Positions 26,992-36,750 of a stretch of DNA of 64,000 nt are shown piece by piece. The notes under the pieces are model-generated. The model searched no databases. It was not told the DNA's origin and was given only the letters and a program-made list of their open reading frames with translations. The first letter of the stretch is position 1; the number at the start of each line of letters is the position of its first letter. This DNA is from Candidatus Latescibacterota bacterium. Lineage in GTDB: Bacteria; Latescibacterota; UBA2968; GCA-2709665. Both the position numbers and the translations under genes were made by a program. Where the stretch lies: assembly GCA_965116875.1 (NCBI GenBank), contig OZ220733.1:416001-480000 (forward strand), read 5' to 3'.

Positions 26992-27837
26992 GTGGCGTAC
27001 GATACACTCGAGGATTTTTTCGGAGACATCGTTGGAAAGGCCCGGCGCGGGTTGGGCCTGTCCGAGTCATCGCTCGCGGACGCGACGGGGTTGAGCGAAG
27101 GAGACATCGGACTGATCGAGAGCTACGAACTCACGCCCGGCGAAGGCGGAATTCTTGCCCTGGCCGGCGCGCTTCAACTGGATGGTCAAAAGCTGATCGG
27201 AATTGCGAAGGGATGGGTGCCTGCGCACGGGAATTCGCCTCACGACGACCTGCGACTGTCCGTCGAGCGAACGATATTGGATGCGGGCATGGAAGTGAAC
27301 GCGTACGCATTGAAGTGCAAGACGACAGGAAAAGGCGCGATTGTGGACGCGGGCGGGCAGGCGGAGCGGATTCTCGCACTTGCGGAGCGTATGCGTATGG
27401 ACGTGACCCACGTGCTTCTTACTCACGGTCACGGCGACCACGTTGGCGCACTTGCCGAAGTCGCCGAGACAACCGGGGCCCGGGTATGTTGTTGCGAACG
27501 AGACTTCGGGCTTCTTGGTGATCTGAAAAGACTCGTGACCGACCTGGTGGACGATGGATGGCAGACCGGAGTGGGGCGAATCGCCATCGACGCGGTGAGC
27601 CTCCCCGGGCATACGGCCGGCGGCATCGGTTATGGCGCCGAGGGGGTGTTCTTTTCGGGCGACGCGCTTTTCGCGGGATCCATGGGCGGTGCGTTGGGTC
27701 CGGCCTATGCCGGTCAGATCAGGGCCGTGACGGACAACGCGCTCTCCCGGGATGAGAAAACCCGTGTTTTTCCCGGGCACGGGCCCATTACGACCATTGG
27801 TGAGGAACTGGCGAACAACCCGTTCTTTACACGATAA
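26992..27837 (+). CDS. MBL-fold metallo-hydrolase with N-terminal HTH-like domain
   Basis: THGHGDH, PGHTAG, GDALF, PGHG; the N-terminus GDIVGKARRGLGLSESSLADATGLS resembles an XRE HTH; GGGAGG RBS. Confidence 0.85.
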   Translation: MAYDTLEDFFGDIVGKARRGLGLSESSLADATGLSEGDIGLIESYELTPGEGGILALAGALQLDGQKLIGIAKGWVPAHGNSPHDDLRLSVERTILDAGMEVNAYALKCKTTGKGAIVDAGGQAERILALAERMRMDVTHVLLTHGHGDHVGALAEVAETTGARVCCCERDFGLLGDLKRLVTDLVDDGWQTGVGRIAIDAVSLPGHTAGGIGYGAEGVFFSGDALFAGSMGGALGPAYAGQIRAVTDNALSRDEKTRVFPGHGPITTIGEELANNPFFTR

Positions 27838-27968
27838 GCCGCGGCGAAAACCCTTCCGGCAGCGGCGGCAGAAGCGGACGGAAGGCCGCGTAAAACCGGC
27901 GTTTACATCTCAGTATCCAGACGATACGGTACCCGAAAAGGCTTGTCTACAATTCAAGGAGCTTGGAT

Positions 27969-30900
27969 ATGTCCAGGTGGGTTCTTCTCTTCGCAATCGT
28001 CTTGTCTTCGTGCGGGATGGCGATGGGCCAGGAGTATTTCGGGAAGAACAAGGTGACGTATGACGATTACGACTGGCATTTTCTGGAGACGGAGCATTTC
28101 AAGATCTACTTTGACAAGGCGTCGCAGCCTGCTGCGGAGTTTGCGGCGAAGGAGGCGGAGCGTGCGCTGGTGCGTCTGGAGAAGGACTTGAAGTATACGC
28201 TGAAGGACCGGTATCCGATTGTGATCTACAACTCGCACAACGGGTTTTCGGTGACGAACATCACGCCGACGGAGCAGTCGGAGTTCACGGGCGGGTTTAC
28301 GGAGTTCGCGCAGGGACGCGTGGTGATCCCGTATACGGGTTCGTATGCCGACTTCCGTCACGTGATTCACCACGAGCTGGTGCACGTGGTGACGCTGGAG
28401 ATGTGGACGGGCGGTGGATGGCTGGGCGCGATGATGACGCAGACGGCGTCGCTGCCGCCGTTGTGGATCGCGGAGGGCGTGGCGGAGTATCTGTCGCAGG
28501 GTGGATGGGACCGCGAGGGCGACAATTTCATGCGTCACGCGACGATCACGGGTTTTGTGCCGGGGATGACGTCGTTGAGCGGTGCGTTCGCGTATAAGGG
28601 GGGTCAGTCCGTCTTCGTGATGATCGAGGAGGAGTATGGCAAGGACAAGGTGGCGGAGTTCATCTCTTCGTTCCGTTCCGCGCGGTCTGTCGACAAGGCG
28701 CTGAAGGCGTCGATCGGTGAGGGTGTGGAGGAGCTGGACGAGAAGTGGCAGTTGTGGCTGAAGCGGCAGTATTGGAACGAGATCAACCTGCACCATCCGT
28801 CGGAGGAGGTGGCGAAGCAGCTGACGGAGGCGGGCGCGGGCCGTGGTTTTTACAACATTGCGCCGTCGTTTTCACCTCAGGGCGACAAGATCGCGTATGT
28901 GACGGAGCGCCAGGGTACGTTCGACATCTATTTGATGTCGGCGATCGACGGTCAGGATCTGGGGCGGCTGGTGGAGGGGGAGCGATCGTCGGACTTCGAG
29001 GGGTTGTTCGTGCTGCGGCCCGGCATCACGTGGTCGCCGGACGGGAAGCAGATCGCGTTTGCGGCGAAGTCGCGCAACAAGAACACGCTGTATACGCTGG
29101 ACGTGAGGAAGAAGCGTGTGACGAAGCGCTTCAAGTTCGATCTGGACGGGTTGTTCGAGCCCACGTGGTCGCCGGACGGGAAACAGATCGCGATCGTGGG
29201 GTTGAAGGACGGGTGGTCGGACGTGTACGTGGTGGACGTGGCGGACGAGTCGCTGCGCCGGATGACGCGTGATCCGTATGACGAGAAGCACCTGGACTGG
29301 TCGCCGGACGGGGAATGGATCGCGATCAGTTCGGACCGTCCGTCGGCGGACCTTTCGTATGACGGGACGAAGGACTTCGAGTTCGGGGTGTATGACGTGT
29401 TCGTGCTGAAGGCGGACGGGAGCGAGATCCGGCGGGTGGTGGAAAGCGAGGTGAACGACAGCCATCCCACGTGGGGTCCGGACTCGCAGACGCTGGCGTT
29501 CGTGTCGGACAGGACGGGCGTGGGCAACGTCTACATCGCGCACGTGGACGGCTCGCAGGTGTATCCGATCAGCAATCTGCTGTCGGGGGCGCGGTATATC
29601 GACTGGAGCGCGGACGGCAGGAAGCTGGCGTTCACGACGTTCCACCGGGGGGGATACGACATCTTCGTGATGAAGGACCCGCTTAAGCGGAAGCGGAGCA
29701 TGGAGGATCTGCCGCTGACGCGCTATGCGAAGCGTCTGGCAGGCATCGAGGACCGGCCGTTCGTGGAGTTGCAGCGCGACCGGCGGCAGGAGCAGAAGGT
29801 TGCCGCGACGGCGGAGGCCGACAGCGGGGCGGTGGCTGCGCAGGAGGACACGGCGGCGGCGGTGGCGGCGGACCGGAAGGTGGAGACGTGGATGTCGGAC
29901 CAGATGGCGCTGGCCGCGGCGGAGGCGAGCGGCGATGACGAGGAAGCCACGGCCGATGCCGACACGCTGGACGGCATCGGCGACAGGGCGCTGACGCTGC
30001 GCGACTGGAACAGGGAATTCACCGTGAACAAGTACCGCGTGAAACTCAAACCGGAGTTCTTCGGGGCCAACGCGGGCTTCGACACCTTCTACGGCGTCAG
30101 CAGCCTCCTGCAGTTGTCGCTGACGGACGTGATGGGCGACCATAGACTCATCATACAGACCGGCCTGAGCTTCTCCCTCAAGGACAGCGATCTCTTCCTC
30201 GGATACCAGAATCTCAAACACCAGACCAACTTCTATATCAGCGCCTTCCACACGCGCCTGTTCTTCTTCGACCGGGGGCAACTGAACGCCGATCGGTATT
30301 TTGGCGCGGAAGCAAGCCTGGTCAGGCCGTTCAGCCGCTTCAGCAGGATGGAACTGGGCACAAGGGGCATCAGGATTTCCCGCGAACGCCTGGAGCGGGA
30401 ACGTTACGACAACCGGTGGGTTCGCCGCGGATTCACCGGCAGCAGCCTGCGCGGGCTGTCGGGCACCGAAGTTGATTCGCGGGGAGCCGTGGTTTCGTAC
30501 CTGGCTCTGGTGGACGACAACTCGCTGATGGGCGGTTTCGGCGCCGTGGACGGGCGGCGGGTGCGGCTTGGCGCTGAAGGAAGCTGGGCGGGAATGCGTT
30601 TTGCGGCATTCAACGTGGACCTTCGCCAGTACCTGCTCACGCTGGGCGAATATACGCTTGCCTTTCGACTCTCCGGCGGCACCAGCTTCGGCCCCAACAA
30701 GCGAGTCTATTTCGTGGGGGGCGTCAACAACCCCGTGAATCCGAACTTCTCCACGTTCGCCAACGTGGATCAGGACCGGATCTTCTTTTCCAGTTTTGTC
30801 TGGCCGCTGCGCGGCGTGGAGTTGTTCGAGTTGGCCGGAGACTCCTATGTGCTGGCCAATGCGGCATTTCGTTTTCCCCTCATCAGGGAACTGGCCATGG

Positions 30901-31220
30901 GATGGCCGCTGCCGCTCTTCTTCCAGAACGTCCAGGGTGAGTTGTTCCTGGACGTCGGCGGCGCCTTTGAAAGGGCGAGGTGGCGGGACGGGTGGATCGC
31001 CCGCGACGGCGGTTTCGAGCTCAACGTGCCGCAACACTTCCGCCAGGGAAGGTCCAAACACGGATTCGAGAAGCCGCAGATGGCCGCCGGGTACGGATTC
31101 GGCGTTCGGGTGAACCTGGGTTATTTCCTGTTCCGATACGATCTGGCCTGGCCCACGGATTTTGCGGAGACCTACCATCCGCACCAGTATTTCTCAATTG
31201 ACATCACCGGGCATTTCTAG
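27969..31220 (+). CDS. Peptidase MA (gluzincin) + TolB-like PD40 propeller + Omp85/BamA-like barrel fusion
   Basis: FGKNKV, HHELVH..WIAEGVAEY, repeated WSPDGKQIA, PLRG loop-6 motif, GYGFGVRVNLGYFLFRYDLAWP, C-terminal Phe. Confidence 0.85.
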   Translation: MSRWVLLFAIVLSSCGMAMGQEYFGKNKVTYDDYDWHFLETEHFKIYFDKASQPAAEFAAKEAERALVRLEKDLKYTLKDRYPIVIYNSHNGFSVTNITPTEQSEFTGGFTEFAQGRVVIPYTGSYADFRHVIHHELVHVVTLEMWTGGGWLGAMMTQTASLPPLWIAEGVAEYLSQGGWDREGDNFMRHATITGFVPGMTSLSGAFAYKGGQSVFVMIEEEYGKDKVAEFISSFRSARSVDKALKASIGEGVEELDEKWQLWLKRQYWNEINLHHPSEEVAKQLTEAGAGRGFYNIAPSFSPQGDKIAYVTERQGTFDIYLMSAIDGQDLGRLVEGERSSDFEGLFVLRPGITWSPDGKQIAFAAKSRNKNTLYTLDVRKKRVTKRFKFDLDGLFEPTWSPDGKQIAIVGLKDGWSDVYVVDVADESLRRMTRDPYDEKHLDWSPDGEWIAISSDRPSADLSYDGTKDFEFGVYDVFVLKADGSEIRRVVESEVNDSHPTWGPDSQTLAFVSDRTGVGNVYIAHVDGSQVYPISNLLSGARYIDWSADGRKLAFTTFHRGGYDIFVMKDPLKRKRSMEDLPLTRYAKRLAGIEDRPFVELQRDRRQEQKVAATAEADSGAVAAQEDTAAAVAADRKVETWMSDQMALAAAEASGDDEEATADADTLDGIGDRALTLRDWNREFTVNKYRVKLKPEFFGANAGFDTFYGVSSLLQLSLTDVMGDHRLIIQTGLSFSLKDSDLFLGYQNLKHQTNFYISAFHTRLFFFDRGQLNADRYFGAEASLVRPFSRFSRMELGTRGIRISRERLERERYDNRWVRRGFTGSSLRGLSGTEVDSRGAVVSYLALVDDNSLMGGFGAVDGRRVRLGAEGSWAGMRFAAFNVDLRQYLLTLGEYTLAFRLSGGTSFGPNKRVYFVGGVNNPVNPNFSTFANVDQDRIFFSSFVWPLRGVELFELAGDSYVLANAAFRFPLIRELAMGWPLPLFFQNVQGELFLDVGGAFERARWRDGWIARDGGFELNVPQHFRQGRSKHGFEKPQMAAGYGFGVRVNLGYFLFRYDLAWPTDFAETYHPHQYFSIDITGHF

Positions 31221-31318
31221 GAAGCCCAGGCAGCGTCGAACGCCGGGCCACCCCACTGCAGTCCGGTGCGATGTCGAGTGGCGGCGTCTGAATTCAGAGT
31301 TTCGGGAGAACGTGACAA

Positions 31319-31627
31319 ATGGCGGCCAAAGACCACTACAGGGAGGGATTGAAGCTGATCTCCTCCGGCAGCCTCGATGGGGCTCTTGAGAAGTTCCGTC
31401 AGTCGCTGGAAGAGGATCCGGATTTCTACATGGGTCATCTGGGCCTGGCGCAGGTCCTGGACAGGCAGGGTAAAATCGACGATGCCATTCTGCACGCGCG
31501 GGAAGCGATTCGAATCGCTCCGGAAGAGCCGCTTGCGCATACGAGTCTTTCAAGGCTCTACCAGCAGAAGGGCATGATCGAAGAGGCCGAGGAGGCGATG
31601 GAGATGTCCCGGCGGATGCAGTCCTGA
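31319..31627 (+). CDS. Small TPR protein
   Basis: About three TPR units (HYREGL..A...F, HLGLAQVL..G..DDA, AHTSLSRLYQQKG.IEEA). Confidence 0.8.
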   Translation: MAAKDHYREGLKLISSGSLDGALEKFRQSLEEDPDFYMGHLGLAQVLDRQGKIDDAILHAREAIRIAPEEPLAHTSLSRLYQQKGMIEEAEEAMEMSRRMQS

Positions 31628-31654
31628 CCACCCCGGAAATTGGTTAACGGCGAC

Positions 31655-31686
31655 AGGGCGCGAACGTAACGGTTCGCGCCCTTTGT
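31655..31686. terminator. Bidirectional hairpin terminator between convergent genes
   Basis: AGGGCGCGAAC-GTAACG-GTTCGCGCCCT-TTGT. Confidence 0.65.
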
Positions 31687-32721
31687 TTATTTGTTCTCAT
31701 TGGCATCGCCTTGTTGCACGGCGCCGAGCCGGCGGGCGAGCAGAAGGCGTATCAGCCCCGGTCCGCCCCCAACCAGGTACGTGACAAAGGCAATGCCGTG
31801 CATCACCGTTGCATAGGCAAGCGCGTCCGTAAGAGGAACGTTGAATACCGCGTGGAGGGTCTGGCTGCAGAAATAATGGTACGTGCCCGTCCCTCCCGGC
31901 GTGGGGATAATGACGCCGATGGTTGAAATCACGAGGACAACAATGGCATCATAAAAACCGAGGTGGTAACGGGACGGGAAGCCGAACGCGAAGAACGTGA
32001 CGTAGGCGACGAGGATATAGGTCAGGTTGAGAAGAATACTGGAAACGAGGATGCCGGCATAGCCCGAGATTGCGTGGACGCCGCCCAGACCCTGAAACAC
32101 CGACCGGAGAATGCCGGTCAGCCGGTCCGCGGCCGACCGGGAAACCCACCGTACCGGCAGTCGCAAGACTGTCAACGCACGGTCGCCGTATACCGAAAGA
32201 AGCGCAAAGAGCACGAGTATACCCACCGTGGCCGCCAGCGTAAAGAGCGCGACCGCTTCCATCCACGGGAACGCCGCGGCGATTTTTTCTCTCGTAAAAT
32301 AGAGGACGCCACCCAGAAAGACGAGGAGAGCCAGCATGTCGATCGCCCGTTCGACGAGGATCGTGGCGAAAACGCCGCTCAACGGCAGGCGCCGGTCCCT
32401 TTGAAGCGCGACGCCGCGCGCGATCTCGCCGGCGCGGGAAATGACGTTCGTGGCCGCATAGCCCACGAGTATGGCATGGCTGGCCATCATGAAGGATATC
32501 TGGCGACTGACGGGTTTCAGGAGGATCCGCCAACGCCAGGCTCGGGGGAAAATGGATAATACGAGAAGAAAGACGCTTAAGACAAGCCAGGATCCTGTGG
32601 CCTGCCTGACCGCAGACCAGAGGCCGGCAGGAGCGACGCCCTGAAAAGCCAGCCACAGAAACCCGGCGGCGAGGGCCGCCCCGATGGAAAATTTGAGCCA
32701 TGTCTTTATGGTGTCAGGCAC
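31687..32721 (-). CDS. Lysylphosphatidylglycerol synthase TM / UPF0104 flippase-like membrane protein
   Basis: RAWRWRILL, RAGEIAR, TILVERAID, PTPGGTGTYH. Confidence 0.85.
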   Translation of the reverse strand: MPDTIKTWLKFSIGAALAAGFLWLAFQGVAPAGLWSAVRQATGSWLVLSVFLLVLSIFPRAWRWRILLKPVSRQISFMMASHAILVGYAATNVISRAGEIARGVALQRDRRLPLSGVFATILVERAIDMLALLVFLGGVLYFTREKIAAAFPWMEAVALFTLAATVGILVLFALLSVYGDRALTVLRLPVRWVSRSAADRLTGILRSVFQGLGGVHAISGYAGILVSSILLNLTYILVAYVTFFAFGFPSRYHLGFYDAIVVLVISTIGVIIPTPGGTGTYHYFCSQTLHAVFNVPLTDALAYATVMHGIAFVTYLVGGGPGLIRLLLARRLGAVQQGDANENK

Positions 32722-32736
32722 GATTGAATTCCAGGT

Positions 32737-33627
32737 TCAGTAGCCGAAACCGCGCAGGGCCTGTTCTTTCTTCCGCCAATTCTGAAAGACCTTCACCCGC
32801 AGTTCCAGGTAGACCGGAACGTCCAGGAATGCTTCAATCTTGCCTCGTGCAATCTTGCCGATGGATTTGAGGGTTTTTCCATTTCCTCCAATGACGATGC
32901 CCTTCTGGGACTCTCGTTCAACGACAATAATGGCCCGGATATGGGTTCTGTGGCGGTCTTCCCGGAAAGCCTCCACCTTGACCGTGGTTGCATATGGCAA
33001 CTCCTGACGCAGTTGCAGGAAAATCTCTTCCCGGATGAGTTCGGTGACGAAAAATCGCTCCGGGTGCTCGGTGAGCATGTCTTCCGGAAAGTACAGGGGT
33101 CCTGAGGGCAGCGCCTGCTCCAGACTGGACCGAAGCAGTTCGACATTGTAACCGGTTTGGGCGGAAACCGCAATGACTTCCTGAATGTTGGCTTCCTGCC
33201 TCACCGCATCCGCGCACTGCGTTCCCCGGGCCGCGGATACCAGGTCGGATTTATTGACCGCGACGATGCGCGGGCTCCTGACCCTGCGGAGGACTTCACG
33301 CATTTCCCGGTCGAAGGTGGCATCGAAGTCCGAGGCGTCAACGACACCGAGGAATACATCCGCGTCACTCACGGAACGCCGTATCTGATCGCACATTCGC
33401 TCGTGCAGACGACAACGGGGCTGAAACAATCCGGGTGTATCCAGAAAAATCATCTGGGACGTCCGGGAGGTGAGAATGCCGGATACGCGGTGCCGCGTGG
33501 TCTGAGGTTTTGCGGTCACTATGGAAAGGCGTGCGCCAACGAGGTGGTTAAACAACGTGGATTTGCCCACGTTGGCCTTTCCGGCGATTGCGATATACCC
33601 GGATTTGAAATCGGTCGCGCTTGACAT
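32737..33627 (-). CDS. era: GTPase Era
   Basis: G.ANVGKSTL, KPQTTR, DTPG, NKSD, KH domain with ELPY and SQKGIVIG. Confidence 0.95.
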   Translation of the reverse strand: MSSATDFKSGYIAIAGKANVGKSTLFNHLVGARLSIVTAKPQTTRHRVSGILTSRTSQMIFLDTPGLFQPRCRLHERMCDQIRRSVSDADVFLGVVDASDFDATFDREMREVLRRVRSPRIVAVNKSDLVSAARGTQCADAVRQEANIQEVIAVSAQTGYNVELLRSSLEQALPSGPLYFPEDMLTEHPERFFVTELIREEIFLQLRQELPYATTVKVEAFREDRHRTHIRAIIVVERESQKGIVIGGNGKTLKSIGKIARGKIEAFLDVPVYLELRVKVFQNWRKKEQALRGFGY

Positions 33628-33642
33628 AGTCGAGCTATCGGT

Positions 33643-34596
33643 TCAGAAATATACGGAACCCGAGACGCGGTAGGTGTTGTCCAATTCGCCGTGTTCCAGA
33701 AAAGCGAAGTCGAAAGCAACGCGTCCGCGCAGCCGGACGCCCGCACCGGCGGTAAAGTGATTTCCCCTTGCACCCAGACGGAATGCCAGCTTCTCCCGAT
33801 AGACGTATTCGATGCCAACCCTCGCACCCTGAAGACCGTCGGCGGCGGATTTTTCCTCGCCGATGTTGATACTTCCGCTGCAGGTGACCCGTCCGTTGAC
33901 CGCCGAAACAGTTCTCGCGAGTGCGAGACCGATGGCGAGGACCGGCGGGACCCGGTTCGACGAACCCGAGTCGAAGGTGATCTTCATGGGGATGAGATTG
34001 CGAATCATCAGTCCCGCGGTCAGGTCCGCCCGGGGCACATAGAGCATGCCGAAATCGATCCCGAATCCCGAACCGGCGCCGGCACCGGCGCCGAGGCTGC
34101 GGGATACGAGCTTCACTCCGGCCCCCGCGAACAGATTCGGCCTCAGTCCTCTACCAAAGGCAAGATGCAGGTGGGTTTCGGTTGTACCCGTGACACGGGA
34201 AACGACCGGACGGTTGTCCGGACCCGGTGCAAGCGCAGGATCCTCCAGTGTGGTGATCTTGACGCCGTCAACACCAAGGCGCGTCAGCCCGACGCCGAAG
34301 CCGCCGAGAAGAGAGGGCCCACCCAGTGTAAAGACGTCGTGATTGACCGTACCGCCGAACTGCTCGGCGTGTTGTATCTGCAATTCACGTCGCCGAAGCC
34401 GCTCAAGACCCGCGGGATTCCAGTAAACCGCTGTTGCATCATCGCTTATGGCCACAAAAGCGCTGCCCATCCCCAACGGTCTTGCTCCCGCGCCGAGCAA
34501 CAGCGGGTCTTCTGAATAACGGGTTTCTTCCTGCGCTGCAGCCGGCGCGGGTAGCGACAGGGCAAGCGTCAGGATCACGAGGAGAAACTGCTTCAC
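33643..34596 (-). CDS. Second PorV/PorQ-family beta-barrel
   Basis: GAGARPLGMGSAFVAISDDATAVYWNPAGL; C-terminal YF. Confidence 0.8.
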   Translation of the reverse strand: MKQFLLVILTLALSLPAPAAAQEETRYSEDPLLLGAGARPLGMGSAFVAISDDATAVYWNPAGLERLRRRELQIQHAEQFGGTVNHDVFTLGGPSLLGGFGVGLTRLGVDGVKITTLEDPALAPGPDNRPVVSRVTGTTETHLHLAFGRGLRPNLFAGAGVKLVSRSLGAGAGAGSGFGIDFGMLYVPRADLTAGLMIRNLIPMKITFDSGSSNRVPPVLAIGLALARTVSAVNGRVTCSGSINIGEEKSAADGLQGARVGIEYVYREKLAFRLGARGNHFTAGAGVRLRGRVAFDFAFLEHGELDNTYRVSGSVYF

Positions 34597-35174
34597 GGGA
34601 AGGACTCTTGCAGTGTAAAATCAACGGGAGGAATGAGTATCGCGGCGCATCCCGGCCGAAGAGCGGAATCCAGCGCCTTGACGTCGGACGAAACGAGGCC
34701 GATGCCGAAGGTCCCGGCCGGCAGGGGAAGCTCGTGCGGCTGGATGAGAAGGGAAGGAGAAAAATACAGCCTGGAACGACTCCGGGGACCCTCTATCAAC
34801 CGGCCGCTGAAATCGACTGGCAGCCGTCTGCCGCGAAGCCTGAGCCCGGAATTTCCGGGTTCAATGCTGTACGGGGCGAGCCGGTCGATCATCCGGAGTT
34901 GGGATGACGACAGGCTCAACGTTCCCGGAAGTCGATCATGCTGAATCGCGCAGACCCGCAAGATGTGCGCTCCCGCCTTCAGATAGACGTTGCGGGACGG
35001 AAGATCGATGACGAGATAGTAGTCGTCGGGATTCTCGCGTACGAAGCGAAGTTCGAGGCGCAGAGCCTGTTTTCTGTTGTGGAGCGCCTGTTCGAGCGAG
35101 TCGGGAACGCTTCCGGCCGATGCCGGGGTGGACGGCGTGGACAGGGCGATGAGGATGGCGACAGGGAGAGTCAA
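34593..35174 (-). CDS. Secreted YkuD-like protein lacking the catalytic His/Cys motif
   Basis: TTG start overlapping the upstream TGA; YLVIDL..RNVYLK..G..ILR.C and the C-terminal GIGLVSSDVKALDSALRPG parallel the L,D-transpeptidase layout, but there is no HG..HGC. Confidence 0.55.
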   Translation of the reverse strand: MTLPVAILIALSTPSTPASAGSVPDSLEQALHNRKQALRLELRFVRENPDDYYLVIDLPSRNVYLKAGAHILRVCAIQHDRLPGTLSLSSSQLRMIDRLAPYSIEPGNSGLRLRGRRLPVDFSGRLIEGPRSRSRLYFSPSLLIQPHELPLPAGTFGIGLVSSDVKALDSALRPGCAAILIPPVDFTLQESFP

Positions 35175-35797
35175 TAGATGAAGACGCGGCTTCCGGTTTG
35201 CGCCATGGCGAACGTCGACTCGAGGTCGGCGTCGTTCAGACGGATGCATCCGTGGGTGATATTCCGCCCGATCAGATTCGGGTAGAGATTGCCGTGAATC
35301 TCGTAGCCATCGCCCAGTTCCAGAGCGAACTTGCCCAGCGTGACCGGATCCAGGCGTCTGAAATCCCACGGAAGCACAGGAGTCTCCAGACCCGCCTCCA
35401 CAAAAGCCCATTCCGGCTTCTCCCAAATTGGATTCACCACTTTTCGCCGGATTTCGAATTGTCCCTTCGGCGTGTTGAACCGCCACGATTTGCGTTTGTC
35501 GCTCAACAGGATCTTTCCGCTTCCGGTTGCGCAGACCGCTTCCCTGACCAGACGGTTTCGGCGCCAGATTTGCAGGCGATTGTGTACCGTGTCGATGACG
35601 ATATCCGGTTTTTCGTCCATCAACCCGTCCAGCGCGGCTTCCAGCCTCCGGACCTCCGCCTGGAGACGCTTCGCCGTGGAGGACAGGACCGGGGCGCCTG
35701 CCAGCTCGGAACGCGGACTCCCGGCGTCGGGGGCGCCGGACCGGCAGGCGACTGCAACCGGCAGAAGCAGAAACAGGATAAAGCGAAACCGGTGCAT
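35171..35797 (-). CDS. L,D-transpeptidase (YkuD family) lipoprotein
   Basis: Lipobox VAVAC; IVIDT..NRL, TP.G.F, YEIHG..IGRNITHGCIRL. Confidence 0.9.
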   Translation of the reverse strand: MHRFRFILFLLLPVAVACRSGAPDAGSPRSELAGAPVLSSTAKRLQAEVRRLEAALDGLMDEKPDIVIDTVHNRLQIWRRNRLVREAVCATGSGKILLSDKRKSWRFNTPKGQFEIRRKVVNPIWEKPEWAFVEAGLETPVLPWDFRRLDPVTLGKFALELGDGYEIHGNLYPNLIGRNITHGCIRLNDADLESTFAMAQTGSRVFIY

Positions 35798-35812
35798 GCA
35801 AAGCGTACCAAA

Positions 35813-35974
35813 GAAGCTGTCTTAAAATTCCCAGCGGTCTTCGCACGGCTGCAAAAGCGCCGGTCGGCGTTGGTCAAACTCACCCGTATAGACGAATATG
35901 GGCGAGTTTTTCCGCCTTGACCGCCACTTTTTCGCTCGCGCTCGGGAACTCACCGGTGACTTTAAAACAGCTTC
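35813..35974. mobile_element. MITE-like element family A, full copy 2 (162 bp)
   Basis: Same terminal repeats and interior as 13514-13675, with a few substitutions. Confidence 0.8.
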
Positions 35975-35982
35975 TAAAACTC

Positions 35983-36016
35983 GAAAACCGAGAAGAACGG
36001 AGGCTTCTCGGTTTTC
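35983..36016 (-). terminator. Hairpin terminator after the DUF4398-like lipoprotein
   Basis: Perfect 13-bp stem GAAAACCGAGAAG / CTTCTCGGTTTTC. Confidence 0.7.
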
Positions 36017-36048
36017 AGGTTGAACCACGTGTGATTCATTCAGATGAA

Positions 36049-36651
36049 CTATCGCAGATACCAGGCTTTGTTTTCCTCTTTCCAGTCTTCGATTTTCTGC
36101 ATTGCGACTTTTACCGCATCCTGTACTCCGCCCAACTTGCCTTCCGCGGCCTGGGCCTGGGCAAGCGCATCTTTGAACATGCCGTTCTCAAGGCTGCCCT
36201 TTGCGCCATTCAAAGACGCTTCGGCTTCGCCAAGGTCTGCATCGAGTTGGTCCAGATCCTCATCCGCGCCTTTTCCCCTGGGTGCGGCACTGAGCGATTC
36301 ACGGGCTTCCGCCAGACCTGGAGAAGTCGAATCGATAATCGCCTGTGCGTCGTCGCGTGTCCTGACTTTGTTTGTTTCCGCCTGCGACACGGACTGGTTC
36401 GCGCGTTCCTCCGCCTCGATAGCGGCAGCTCTGGCCTCTTTGTATTCGCCCTTTTCCGTCTTGTCCTTGGCATCTTGCAGCGTATTCGCGGCTGAACGGA
36501 AAATCTCCTCGGCATAGACGTCGGCCTCTGCGGCCTTGGCCTTGCTGAGGGCGCCTTCGGCGGCCTTGATTTCTTCCTCGGGAGGTTGTTCGCAAGCCGC
36601 GAAGGCTGCGGCAAAACAGATAACAAAGCCGATTCTCAGGACAGATCGCAT
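36049..36651 (-). CDS. Ala-rich helical lipoprotein, DUF4398-like
   Basis: Lipobox FAAC; PPEEEIKAAE.AL..A.AAEADVYA..F..A..L..A; GGAGGGG RBS. Confidence 0.75.
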   Translation of the reverse strand: MRSVLRIGFVICFAAAFAACEQPPEEEIKAAEGALSKAKAAEADVYAEEIFRSAANTLQDAKDKTEKGEYKEARAAAIEAEERANQSVSQAETNKVRTRDDAQAIIDSTSPGLAEARESLSAAPRGKGADEDLDQLDADLGEAEASLNGAKGSLENGMFKDALAQAQAAEGKLGGVQDAVKVAMQKIEDWKEENKAWYLR

Positions 36652-36750
36652 CTCCCCTCCTTGGTTGATAAGATCTCGAAAGTTGCCAACAAGTCAAACA
36701 GAAATAACCATTTCCGAAACATCTCGGCGTGAATGCACTGATACAGGAAG

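Noticed and set aside
28872-31184. 770-aa minus-strand ORF (and the 280-aa ORF at 27954-28796)
   Set aside because: Antisense to the Omp85 fusion; explained by codon bias suppressing stops.
34593-35846. 417-aa ORF starting MRRPLGILRQL
   Set aside because: The start lies inside MITE A (the same peptide begins the 12144-13547 ORF) and overlaps the LDT out of frame; only 34593-35174 is retained.
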